DNA of 64,000 nt, taken from a virus (lineage: Duplodnaviria > Caudoviricetes). The stretch is taken from the IMG/VR virus record IMGVR_UViG_3300037361_000044, positions 1-64,000 of that record; one strand, 5' to 3'. A program made the translations under genes and the position numbers. The notes under the pieces were generated by a model. It ran no database searches. It had not been told where the DNA came from and saw only the letters and a program-made list of their open reading frames with translations. Below are positions 9,446 to 17,229 of the stretch, piece after piece. Within the stretch, counting starts at the first letter, position 1, and each line of letters begins with the position of its first letter.

Positions 9446-9902
9446 AGCGTTTGGGGTGGGTTGTTCCCAGGACGGCGGCGGGTATGCTCATGAACAGCCC
9501 GTCGCCAGCCTTGAACCTGTACAGATCCACCCGCCAGTCGTTACCTTGAACGCTGGTGATAAATTCAGGTTCCGTGAAGTCACCTCGCGCCTCTGCCACC
9601 CGGGTCGTTCCTAGCTCAGGGTCACAGCAGCGGTGCAGCAGTACCAGCGCATCTTTCTCGTCGGGAGGAGCCGCCACCAGGTACAGTCCGTGTGGTTTCT
9701 CGTCCAACGCTGCGTGCAGTAGCCGAAACTGCTCCTTACTGTCATCGGGATGCCCCAACCACTTTGCTATGGAGTTACCCACTGGCAAAACGGGTAGGTT
9801 CCCGGTCTCTGCGTCCTTACCCAGCCGCACCTCTACCGCGCCTGGGCGCTGTGTAACTCTGAACCCCTCACGAATGGTGTCGTGAACCTCATACAGTCGC
9901 AT
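9267..9902 (-). CDS. Hypothetical protein
   Basis: GAGGAGG RBS and an upstream GGGATAAG promoter. Confidence 0.7.
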   Translation of the reverse strand: MRLYEVHDTIREGFRVTQRPGAVEVRLGKDAETGNLPVLPVGNSIAKWLGHPDDSKEQFRLLHAALDEKPHGLYLVAAPPDEKDALVLLHRCCDPELGTTRVAEARGDFTEPEFITSVQGNDWRVDLYRFKAGDGLFMSIPAAVLGTTHPKRFRICLEECGPEVGEKLKQELVMKTSIRRPRVRESRRAPVHSGVQTSPAPLKRPSRELRA

Positions 9903-9945
9903 GCAAGCCTCCTCGAAAAGCAGACCCCACGTCTGCTACGAGTTA

Positions 9946-9973
9946 CTTATCCCTTGCAATGCGGCTGTTTTGC
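9946..9973 (-). promoter_or_regulatory. Phage promoter GCAA-N16-GGGATAAG
   Basis: One of nine copies of the motif; upstream of 9902. Confidence 0.8.
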
Positions 9974-9978
9974 GAGGT

Positions 9979-10257
9979 TCAGCTAGCCAAGCGCAGTGGG
10001 CTTTGAAGTGCCGTCACGGCTTCGTTGATGGCAGCGATGGCGCACAGGCGTAGGTCTGAGAGCCCTTCGGTTATCGGTAGGTCGTGAACGACAGCGAGTG
10101 CTAGCTGGGCCGACACAGGTGACGTGATGTCCAGGCCCCGAAGAGCCAGCATCGCGTCAATGTGCCCCGCCCGCTCGTACTCGGATCGACACACGTCCAG
10201 CATTACCGCGGCGTTCTCGAGGGCGTTGGAGCCGTCGAAGTGGGTTTGCTTGTTCAT
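9979..10257 (-). CDS. Hypothetical protein
   Basis: Start MNKQTHF after AGGT; helical. Confidence 0.6.
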   Translation of the reverse strand: MNKQTHFDGSNALENAAVMLDVCRSEYERAGHIDAMLALRGLDITSPVSAQLALAVVHDLPITEGLSDLRLCAIAAINEAVTALQSPLRLAS

Positions 10258-10381
10258 GGTGTACCTGCGGGTTTGGGGTTGAATTGGATTGCCTGTCCGT
10301 ATTGTGGTCATTACCCGAGGGAATTCAAGGCAATTCAACAGCCCACGTTGTAGCTGGCTCATGTACGCCCATCTGGCGCGG

Positions 10382-10439
10382 GGCTAAAAGAAAGCGATGT
10401 ATTGCCCAGGCAGTACATGCTTTCCCTTGTTTTTTAGCC
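10382..10439. terminator. Long imperfect intergenic hairpin
   Basis: GGCTAAAA/TTTTAGCC, GAAAGC/GCTTTC and ATGTATTGCC/GGCAGTACAT nested inverted repeats. Confidence 0.55.
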
Positions 10440-10763
10440 GAAGAATCGTCTGCGCGCCCACAACAGCGTGAGCCCGGAGCCCAGCAGTAGTGGCACATAG
10501 ACCGCCGCGCGCTTGAGCTCATGCAGTGCGATTTCCCTGAAGGTGGGGGTCATCTCCAGGGACCGCGCGATGTTTTCGACTGCGGCAATGGCGGGATCTG
10601 TGGTCGGAGCCCCGTGCTTGGCAGGGGTTCGTGGGGTCGTATTTGTGTGCATGCTCGGTACTTCCTCTCTACTTGTTGGTGTCAGGGCCTCTTGTAGAAC
10701 AAGGCCTACTTCTCGTTGCTGGCGGCGACGCTCTTCGACGCCCATGGTGGAGACGTGGTCCAT
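10434..10763 (-). CDS. Hypothetical protein with C-terminal TM helix
   Basis: AAVYVPLLLGSGLTLLWA followed by RRR; coupled to the upstream micro-ORF. Confidence 0.6.
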   Translation of the reverse strand: MDHVSTMGVEERRRQQREVGLVLQEALTPTSREEVPSMHTNTTPRTPAKHGAPTTDPAIAAVENIARSLEMTPTFREIALHELKRAAVYVPLLLGSGLTLLWARRRFFG

Positions 10764-10873
10764 CACAGCCGCCCCTCAGCCTGCGCCTTGCGGTAATTCC
10801 GCATGAACTTGTTGTGCTCTTCCAGCACAGCTTGGAAAAGGGCGACGCCGCCCCAGACCATTGTGATCAGCAT
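10763..10873 (-). CDS. 36 aa small protein (not in ORF track)
   Basis: MLITMVWGGVALFQAVLEEHNKFMRNYRKAQAEGRL; AAGGAG RBS directly after the promoter; TGATG coupling to the next gene. Confidence 0.7.
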   Translation of the reverse strand: MLITMVWGGVALFQAVLEEHNKFMRNYRKAQAEGRL

Positions 10874-10893
10874 TGTAGGTCTCCTTCACTACT

Positions 10894-10920
10894 CTTATCC
10901 CCGATTTTGCTAGGTTTTAC
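10894..10920 (-). promoter_or_regulatory. Phage promoter GTAA-N15-GGGATAAG
   Basis: Motif copy; predicted +1 is the G preceding the AAGGAG RBS. Confidence 0.8.
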
Positions 10921-11094
10921 GGAGAGGGAGCTAAGGCAACACGCTCAATGCAAAGTGGCGCCCCACCAACCAGCTCGAGGGGATGCTGGTCAGTGGGGCT
11001 TGTGGGGAGGGGCAGCACTTGCCAAAGGCGTGACCCAAAGGTATCGGCCAGGTGAAGGAGGCCAGGATCCCAAGAGGTGGGCAGCAATACCTTC
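10921..11094 (-). ncRNA. Candidate structured ncRNA (~174 nt) with C/U-rich loops
   Basis: Own promoter; predicted +1 is the first base of a 10 bp stem; a 15 bp hairpin and nested stems whose G-U pairs favour the minus strand. Confidence 0.55.
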
Positions 11095-11100
11095 AACTTA

Positions 11101-11128
11101 CTTATGCCTGGTTTCTAGGCCTTTTTGC
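11101..11128 (-). promoter_or_regulatory. Phage promoter GCAA-N16-GGCATAAG
   Basis: Motif copy; its TAA is also the HNH stop codon. Confidence 0.75.
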
Positions 11129-11623
11129 GTAACGGCGCTGGTTGCTAGCCTGTTCCGAAGCAGTAGCCCATCGGCAGTTTTCTGGGCTGTAGTTACCCCA
11201 CGGGTCCTTGCGGTCTATGCTGTGCTTTGAACTTGGCCTGGTGCCCATGTCGGCCAGAAATGTCTTGAAGCTATGTCTCCAGCGCGGACAGACGGTGACG
11301 CCTAAGGCGCCGTAATATTTGTAAGATATATGGCTTGGTAGGTAGCAGCGATTTTGGATACTTCGCCAAGTTCTGTACTCAACGGAGGCGCCAGCGCTAC
11401 CCGCGTGCCCGTGCCGATGACTTCGTTGCCTGGTCACCTCTTTGCGCAGGCAGCCGCAAGACTTGGTCGTTCCATCACGCAGGTACCTGGAGGGCACCAC
11501 TACTTCCCCGCCGCATCGGCATGCGCAGCACCACAGGACCTCACCACTTTTTGTACGGCCATGCTCCTCGATTACGGTGAGGCGGCCAAACGGCTGCCCC
11601 TTCAAGTCAATACATTTTGGCAT
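11102..11623 (-). CDS. HNH homing-endonuclease-like protein
   Basis: FGRLTV..CACRCG..SCGC..EYRTW..RCY..YG..VCPRW..F..DMG.RP..SIDRKD..GNY.PENCRWAT; GGAGG RBS at MPKCIDL. Confidence 0.85.
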   Translation of the reverse strand: MPKCIDLKGQPFGRLTVIEEHGRTKSGEVLWCCACRCGGEVVVPSRYLRDGTTKSCGCLRKEVTRQRSHRHGHAGSAGASVEYRTWRSIQNRCYLPSHISYKYYGALGVTVCPRWRHSFKTFLADMGTRPSSKHSIDRKDPWGNYSPENCRWATASEQASNQRRYAKRPRNQA

Positions 11624-11638
11624 GTTGCCTCCACTAAG

Positions 11639-11665
11639 CTTATCCCGCCTTTTACCGCGTGTTAC
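11639..11665 (-). promoter_or_regulatory. Phage promoter GTAA-N15-GGGATAAG
   Basis: Motif copy; predicted +1 is the first G of the GGAGG RBS of the HNH gene. Confidence 0.8.
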
Positions 11666-11668
11666 GCT
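11660..11668 (+). promoter_or_regulatory. Extended -10-type promoter TGTTACGCT for the tail operon
   Basis: TGnTAnnnT 9 nt before the ATG of the tape-measure-like gene. Confidence 0.5.
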
Positions 11669-11677
11669 AGGTGAGCC

Positions 11678-14600
11678 ATGGTGATGACCTCCAGCCAGAT
11701 CGCTCAGATGAACGGCAGTTTTCAGGCCCAATACATGCAGAACCAAAGCATGGCCGGGATGATACAGTCGCCTGGCTACAACCTCGGGGGCTACAATACG
11801 GGTGCCCAGAATGAGGGCATGGCCGGCGGCATGCTGAACAAGGGCATGGGCATCGGCGCGCCAGTGGCTACCCTGGGTATGGGTCTGATGGGTCTTGACC
11901 CTCTTTCCATTGGAATTCGCGGTGGTATGGCCGCTCACGGCATGGGTCTAGGTGTAGGCGGCTCCATGATGGCGGGCGCGGCGATGGCGGCACCCATGGC
12001 CGCTGGTGTGGCTGGCATCGGCTACATGGGCCACCAAATGATGTCTGGGGCGCAGCAGACACAGCAGTTCAACCAGGACATGCGCAGTGGCTACTCGTTC
12101 TTCAACCCGCACGGGCAGCATGGCAGAGGCTTTTCGGAGGGGAACATCCGCCAGATCGGTGGGAACCTGAGGGACTTCGCGGGGCAGGGTAGCGGAGGTG
12201 GCCAATTCGGCGGCACGATGAGCCAGTTCGAGCTCGGGCCGAGCTTCGCCGAGCTCGGACGCTTGGCGTCGGGCATGGGTCGGATGGGCATGGCTGATGG
12301 CGTGCGCAACGCCAAGGAGTTCACCGACAAGTTCAAAGAGATGATGAAGACGATCAAGTCCATTGCCACGGACATGGGTACGTCTCTCGAGGAAGCGCAG
12401 AAGACCATGGCCGCTATGAAGGGGTCGGGCGTCTTCAAGAACCAGGCGGGGGTCACGGGAGCCATCCGCGCAGCCTCGATCTCTGGCGGCTTGGCCACCA
12501 CCGAGGTGACCGGCATGATGAACATCGGCTCGCAGATCAGTCGCATGTACGGCGGTACCGGGCGACAAGGGGCCATGGGTGGCATCAAGGCCATCGAGCA
12601 GGTTGGCATGGCCGTTCAGACGGGAGCCCTGTCTGAGGAGGACATCTACAACACTACTGGATTGACAGGGGCTGAGGGGCGTCGAGCGATGGCCCAGCAG
12701 AACCTGATGCAGACGGGGTCGTTCCTGAAGTCCTCCAAGGGTCGCTGGATGATGGCCAGCATGGCGGGGAAGAACGGGCAGCTGGATCAGGGGTCGGTCA
12801 ACGACTTCTTGGCTGGCGGCATGAGCGTGGGCGACACCAGAAGCGCTGCTCACCGTAACCTCAGTGGGGTTGGGCGCGCCAACTTCATCCGGAATGAGGG
12901 GCGCTTGCGCGGTTCCATCATGGAGGAGTTCGGCGGCATGGCTCCAGCCATGGCCATGATGGGTTGGGCCCAAGGTAAGGGCATTGACGTCGCCTCAATG
13001 GGTGACCGCGAGATGCTGTTCATGCAACGGCAGTTGGGTCTTGGCCGCGACGAGGCCGATTCCATGGTGAAGATGGCCAAGGCTCTGCCCGACATGCTGC
13101 AGCACAGAAGTGGCGCCAAGCAGGATGACGCACTCTCCAGGGAGCACGGCATGCGTGCCCAGAACTCTGGGCTCGAGGGCATCAAGCGCAAATTGGACGC
13201 GGCCAAGGACAACGTGAACAACGAGATGCAGAAGGTCGGTCAGGCGGTGCTCGGCACCATGACCGACGCTGTGGCTGAGTGGGGCAACAAGCTCGCCGGC
13301 ACCTATGAAGAGCGCGCGTTCGAAGGGATCAGTGAGCTTCGTCAATCCCTGCACGGCGGCGGAGGTGGCGGTGTCAAGGCTCTTACAAGCGGGAAGTTAG
13401 GTAAGTTGTACGGTGCCGGCGGCGGTGAAAGCTTCGTGCACGAAGACATCGGGCAGGCGAGGTACCGCGACAAGATGCAGGGCCTTCAGTTCTCGGCACG
13501 CATGGCAACGTTGAGCGGGGTGGACCCGGAAGTGTCGAAGCTGCTGTCTGGTAATGCCGACGCTTTGTCCAAGGCTTACGGCTCGTCCGGTGGTCTAGCC
13601 GGGCTGGCCGGTGAGGACCGCCTTGCGGGGTTCAAGCAGAAGTTCGGAAAGGACACGGCTCTGGGTAAGCACTTCCGCAGCCTAGATGAGAAAGGTCAAG
13701 CTGCCTTCATGCAGCAGGCTGAGCTCTCCATGGGGATGGAGAAAGGGCTCCTCAGCGAGACTATGCAGGTGCCTGGACTACCGCAGCTGGTGGGCGGTGG
13801 AGAGGACCACTCGAACCAGAAGTCTCAGGAGAGGCTTGGGCGTGCGCTACTTGGGATCAAGTCCACAGAGGAGTCTTCGCAAGAAACAGCGGCGCAGCTA
13901 CGCAAGACCCAGGCGTCCATGGGCGGGAACCCGATGATGGCCGGCAGCGGTATGGATGCGGCCGCGGGTGCCACCATCTTCGGGTCGCTGTTCGGTGGCA
14001 TCATGGACTCGCTAAGCGGGACCAAGGGAAAGGCGCAGGCGGCTGGTGCCGTCTTCGACAACGCCGACACGCGCGAGCTGGCGTTCGATGTGCTCACTGG
14101 TGCCGGCGGTGCCACCAAGCGCTTGGAGAAGATGCGCATGGGCATTATGGGCGGTGCTGCTGAGCGCGGAGGCATGGATAAGCTCACGGACTCCGAGAAG
14201 GGGACCTTGGGGGCGCTATCCGCAATCGAGGTCACCTCCGACCTGAACAAGATGATCGAGGCAGCCGGCGGCGACATCAACAAGCTGTCTGAGAAGGACT
14301 GGGACAAGCTCATCGAGAAGCGCAAAGCCGCGGTGACCGCAGCCGGCGGCGATGCCGCGTCGGTGGACAAGGCCCATATAAAGGCGCTTGCTTCCGGTAC
14401 TGGACAGGCCGCCAACAAGGCGCGCAACGAGATCGTGGCAACGCTCGCCAAGCAGGTGGGGCGCACTGCTAAAGAAGAGTTGGAGGTTATGGAGGCAGGT
14501 GGTGTCACCGCGCTCACCAAGAAGGGTGGGCAGAGCCGTTTGGAGCTGACGGAGAGTGCGAAGCAGAAGCTAGCTGCCGGTGGCGCTGGCGCCGTGGCTG

Positions 14601-15265
14601 GCGCTGAGGGCGTTGTTCGTCTGCAGGAGCTTGGCGTGAAGCTTGGCGCGGCCACGGACCCCGAGGAGCGCGCGCGACTAACGGAAGAGTACAAGGTCCA
14701 ATCGGACAAGATGCGCAGTGACTTTGCCAACATGGATTCGAAGGCACTAAGAGCGGTTGGATCCACTATGGCGGGCACCGACGAGGGCGACATGGCCACC
14801 AGCATGGTGATGCGCGGCAACGCTATGCAGGCTGGCGTGCGTAAGAAGGGAGCCTTCGGCGCCGTCGCTGACCAGCTGGGTGTGCACCTGGACAAGGACC
14901 AGTTGGCGGCAATGAAGGGTAAGAGCCCCAAGGTGCAGGCCTCGATGTTGGCCCGCGAGCTGGGTGTCACCGGCGACGAGAAGTTCCTTGCCGGCCTGGA
15001 AGAGTCCATAGCTACCGTCGGCCAGAAGGGCGGAGCCATGAAGGGAGCGGACAAGCTCGCCTTGGCGCGGTCTGGCGCCAGCAAGGAAACGACGGAGAAG
15101 TTGAAGGAGTACGCCAAGGAGAGGCAGGGTCCGCAGGAGAAGATGATAGACCTGTTGAAGACCAGTAATGACTCGCTGAAGATCATTGCCGACGGAGTGA
15201 AGCCTCAGAAGTCTGCGCTGGATACCATAGGCAGCTTGCTGCACACGAAGGACGGTGAGAAGTAA
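11678..15265 (+). CDS. Tape measure protein-like
   Basis: 1195 aa, Gly/Ala/Met/Lys-rich, helical and almost Cys-free; precedes baseplate-like genes. Confidence 0.75.
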   Translation: MVMTSSQIAQMNGSFQAQYMQNQSMAGMIQSPGYNLGGYNTGAQNEGMAGGMLNKGMGIGAPVATLGMGLMGLDPLSIGIRGGMAAHGMGLGVGGSMMAGAAMAAPMAAGVAGIGYMGHQMMSGAQQTQQFNQDMRSGYSFFNPHGQHGRGFSEGNIRQIGGNLRDFAGQGSGGGQFGGTMSQFELGPSFAELGRLASGMGRMGMADGVRNAKEFTDKFKEMMKTIKSIATDMGTSLEEAQKTMAAMKGSGVFKNQAGVTGAIRAASISGGLATTEVTGMMNIGSQISRMYGGTGRQGAMGGIKAIEQVGMAVQTGALSEEDIYNTTGLTGAEGRRAMAQQNLMQTGSFLKSSKGRWMMASMAGKNGQLDQGSVNDFLAGGMSVGDTRSAAHRNLSGVGRANFIRNEGRLRGSIMEEFGGMAPAMAMMGWAQGKGIDVASMGDREMLFMQRQLGLGRDEADSMVKMAKALPDMLQHRSGAKQDDALSREHGMRAQNSGLEGIKRKLDAAKDNVNNEMQKVGQAVLGTMTDAVAEWGNKLAGTYEERAFEGISELRQSLHGGGGGGVKALTSGKLGKLYGAGGGESFVHEDIGQARYRDKMQGLQFSARMATLSGVDPEVSKLLSGNADALSKAYGSSGGLAGLAGEDRLAGFKQKFGKDTALGKHFRSLDEKGQAAFMQQAELSMGMEKGLLSETMQVPGLPQLVGGGEDHSNQKSQERLGRALLGIKSTEESSQETAAQLRKTQASMGGNPMMAGSGMDAAAGATIFGSLFGGIMDSLSGTKGKAQAAGAVFDNADTRELAFDVLTGAGGATKRLEKMRMGIMGGAAERGGMDKLTDSEKGTLGALSAIEVTSDLNKMIEAAGGDINKLSEKDWDKLIEKRKAAVTAAGGDAASVDKAHIKALASGTGQAANKARNEIVATLAKQVGRTAKEELEVMEAGGVTALTKKGGQSRLELTESAKQKLAAGGAGAVAGAEGVVRLQELGVKLGAATDPEERARLTEEYKVQSDKMRSDFANMDSKALRAVGSTMAGTDEGDMATSMVMRGNAMQAGVRKKGAFGAVADQLGVHLDKDQLAAMKGKSPKVQASMLARELGVTGDEKFLAGLEESIATVGQKGGAMKGADKLALARSGASKETTEKLKEYAKERQGPQEKMIDLLKTSNDSLKIIADGVKPQKSALDTIGSLLHTKDGEK

Positions 15266-15534
15266 TGGCCAGGTCACTTTTGTACCAAGATGGAGCCACG
15301 ATGCAGGTACCACCCGGGTGCACGCTGTGTGACCGCATCGAGGTGCCTGTGTCCATCCGCAAGGACGGGCGCATCTACCGGTTCGTCCTTCGAGACAAGC
15401 TTGTGGTGGAGGACGTGGCCATCATGCTGATGAAAGCCGCAGCCTTCTCCATCGCGCAGGGTGAGCCTTACTCGGCAACGCCCATCTCCCGTGCGCTGCG
15501 TGACGTGCTCATCAAACAGGACACGGTGATGTAA
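15265..15534 (+). CDS. Small tail-module protein
   Basis: TAATG coupling on both sides. Confidence 0.6.
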   Translation: MARSLLYQDGATMQVPPGCTLCDRIEVPVSIRKDGRIYRFVLRDKLVVEDVAIMLMKAAAFSIAQGEPYSATPISRALRDVLIKQDTVM

Positions 15535-17228
15535 TGGCTGTCTACGTCGAACTCTGCACGGATCCTTTCATTGAAAACTTCCAACGGCTGAAGGACAGGA
15601 ATGACCCATCTGTTGCCCGTCGCGGGCGCGCTGGGTTGGTGAACGTACGTCGCCCCCTACGCGGGCTCGAGGTGAAGGAGGACACGTACGCCTGCTTGAA
15701 GGTGCTGCGGTCAGACGGCAGCGAGGTTCCTTTCATGGATTCCAGTGATGCCACTGGCTCTTCCACGTCGTACTCGAATTTCATTCTCCAATCCGTGCAG
15801 GAACAGCACATGGAGAAGCACCAGATCATTGAGACCTTCGGCGACGCTTATATCTACTTCTTCGGCGAGGCCCCACAGTTTCTGGATGTGCAAGCTGTGC
15901 TCATCAACAGCAACGATTTCAACTGGGAAGCGGAGTGGTGGGAGAATTGGAACACTGTTCTCAGGGGCTCGAAGTCCTGTGAGAACGGGGCACGCACGTA
16001 CTTGTTCTACGATGACAACGTGGTGGAAGGCTACATGCTGCTGTCCTCTGCGACCAAGGTAAGTACTGAACCCTTCCAAGTGAACATGACTTTCCGCATG
16101 TTTGTATCGAGCACACGCAACGTGTCCTCTGTGGGCGACCCCAACTTCCCCATCCAAGAGTCGGTAGCGATTCCGGCTGACCTATCGCTGACAAGTGGAG
16201 ATACCGCGGGCCGCCTAGCTGATTACTTGGCCAGTAACGGCATGTTTGGCGGTGATGTGCGGAACAGCACCTGGACGCTGCGTAGCCTTATCGCGGACAA
16301 CACCGACGAGTACGTCGGGCACTCAGATGCGTACCTAGGGGTGACACCCAGGTTGCGGGCAGTAGACCCAACAATTGGCTCGCTGCTCGAGGACAGCTAC
16401 CCAGGAGCTAGCCTTCCAGAGATGGCAGACCCCACCATTCGGTCGCAGCTTGAGGTGGATGACCTGTTTCAGGAGGCCATCAACTGGATGGCTTGCTTCG
16501 GTGGCGACCTCAACAGCTATCCGGCAATGAGCAGCCTGGGGCTCGGCGTCAACTTCTCCGCAGGCGGTGGTGTGGGGATAGGCATGGGCGTTGGCAGCAA
16601 CAGCGGAGCAACCTTCGGAGCAGTGGCCACGGCTGGTGTAGGCTTCGGCACGTCCAAGTCCGTGTCCGTCAGCGCTGGCGCATCCTCGGGGCAGTTGGCC
16701 TCGCTACAGGGCGATGTGCTGTTCAGCGCTGGTGTCAACTCGAGGGTTTCTAGTAGCGTCTTGGACACCGGCTACGGAGATCCTGGGTACGGCTACGCAA
16801 GCCCATATGGTGGCCCGGGATATGGCCAGTCCGGGTTCGGAGACAACGGAGGGTTGAGCTTCGGCTCTAGCTTCGGCAGCACAGGGGACCCTGGCTACTT
16901 GCCGCCTTCGGAATTCTCGCAAGCTGGCGTGTCCGATGACCGCAGTGACTTGGAACGGCTACTTACTCCACGTACAGGATACGGATCAGGGCTGGGCGGC
17001 GTCGGAGCCGATGCCAGCTACGCGGGGTCAGGCGCGGGTGCTGCCGTAGCCATCGGCGGCTCAGTTACCGCCTTCTCCATTGGTGTGTTGGCTGGGACGC
17101 TGAATCCCACTGGTGCGGCGCTGTCGCCCTCAGGCAGACGCCTAGGGTTGACCAACAACAATCCTTACGGCGTACCCTGCCTAGGCACCAGCGGGCAGTC
17201 TGGAATCAACCTCTTGGACATGCTTTGA
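15534..17228 (+). CDS. Putative tail-tube initiator/baseplate protein with Gly/Ser-rich C-terminus
   Basis: Beta-rich N-terminal domain (NFILQSVQEQHMEKHQIIETFG..YFFGE); downstream of the TMP. Confidence 0.5.
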   Translation: MAVYVELCTDPFIENFQRLKDRNDPSVARRGRAGLVNVRRPLRGLEVKEDTYACLKVLRSDGSEVPFMDSSDATGSSTSYSNFILQSVQEQHMEKHQIIETFGDAYIYFFGEAPQFLDVQAVLINSNDFNWEAEWWENWNTVLRGSKSCENGARTYLFYDDNVVEGYMLLSSATKVSTEPFQVNMTFRMFVSSTRNVSSVGDPNFPIQESVAIPADLSLTSGDTAGRLADYLASNGMFGGDVRNSTWTLRSLIADNTDEYVGHSDAYLGVTPRLRAVDPTIGSLLEDSYPGASLPEMADPTIRSQLEVDDLFQEAINWMACFGGDLNSYPAMSSLGLGVNFSAGGGVGIGMGVGSNSGATFGAVATAGVGFGTSKSVSVSAGASSGQLASLQGDVLFSAGVNSRVSSSVLDTGYGDPGYGYASPYGGPGYGQSGFGDNGGLSFGSSFGSTGDPGYLPPSEFSQAGVSDDRSDLERLLTPRTGYGSGLGGVGADASYAGSGAGAAVAIGGSVTAFSIGVLAGTLNPTGAALSPSGRRLGLTNNNPYGVPCLGTSGQSGINLLDML

Positions 17229-17229
17229 T

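Noticed and set aside
10921-11094. Plus-strand CsrA/RsmA-sponge RNA (many GGA motifs)
   Set aside because: The promoter and G-U pairs point to the minus strand; on the plus strand those pairs become A-C mismatches.
11624-11938. N-terminal extension of the HNH ORF as given in the ORF track
   Set aside because: Overlaps the TMP start; promoter and GGAGG place the real start at 11623.
11948-15313. Long minus-strand ORFs opposite the TMP (e.g. 11948..12973, 13825..15186) and similar ones elsewhere
   Set aside because: Shadow frames caused by high-GC codon bias; no RBS or motifs.
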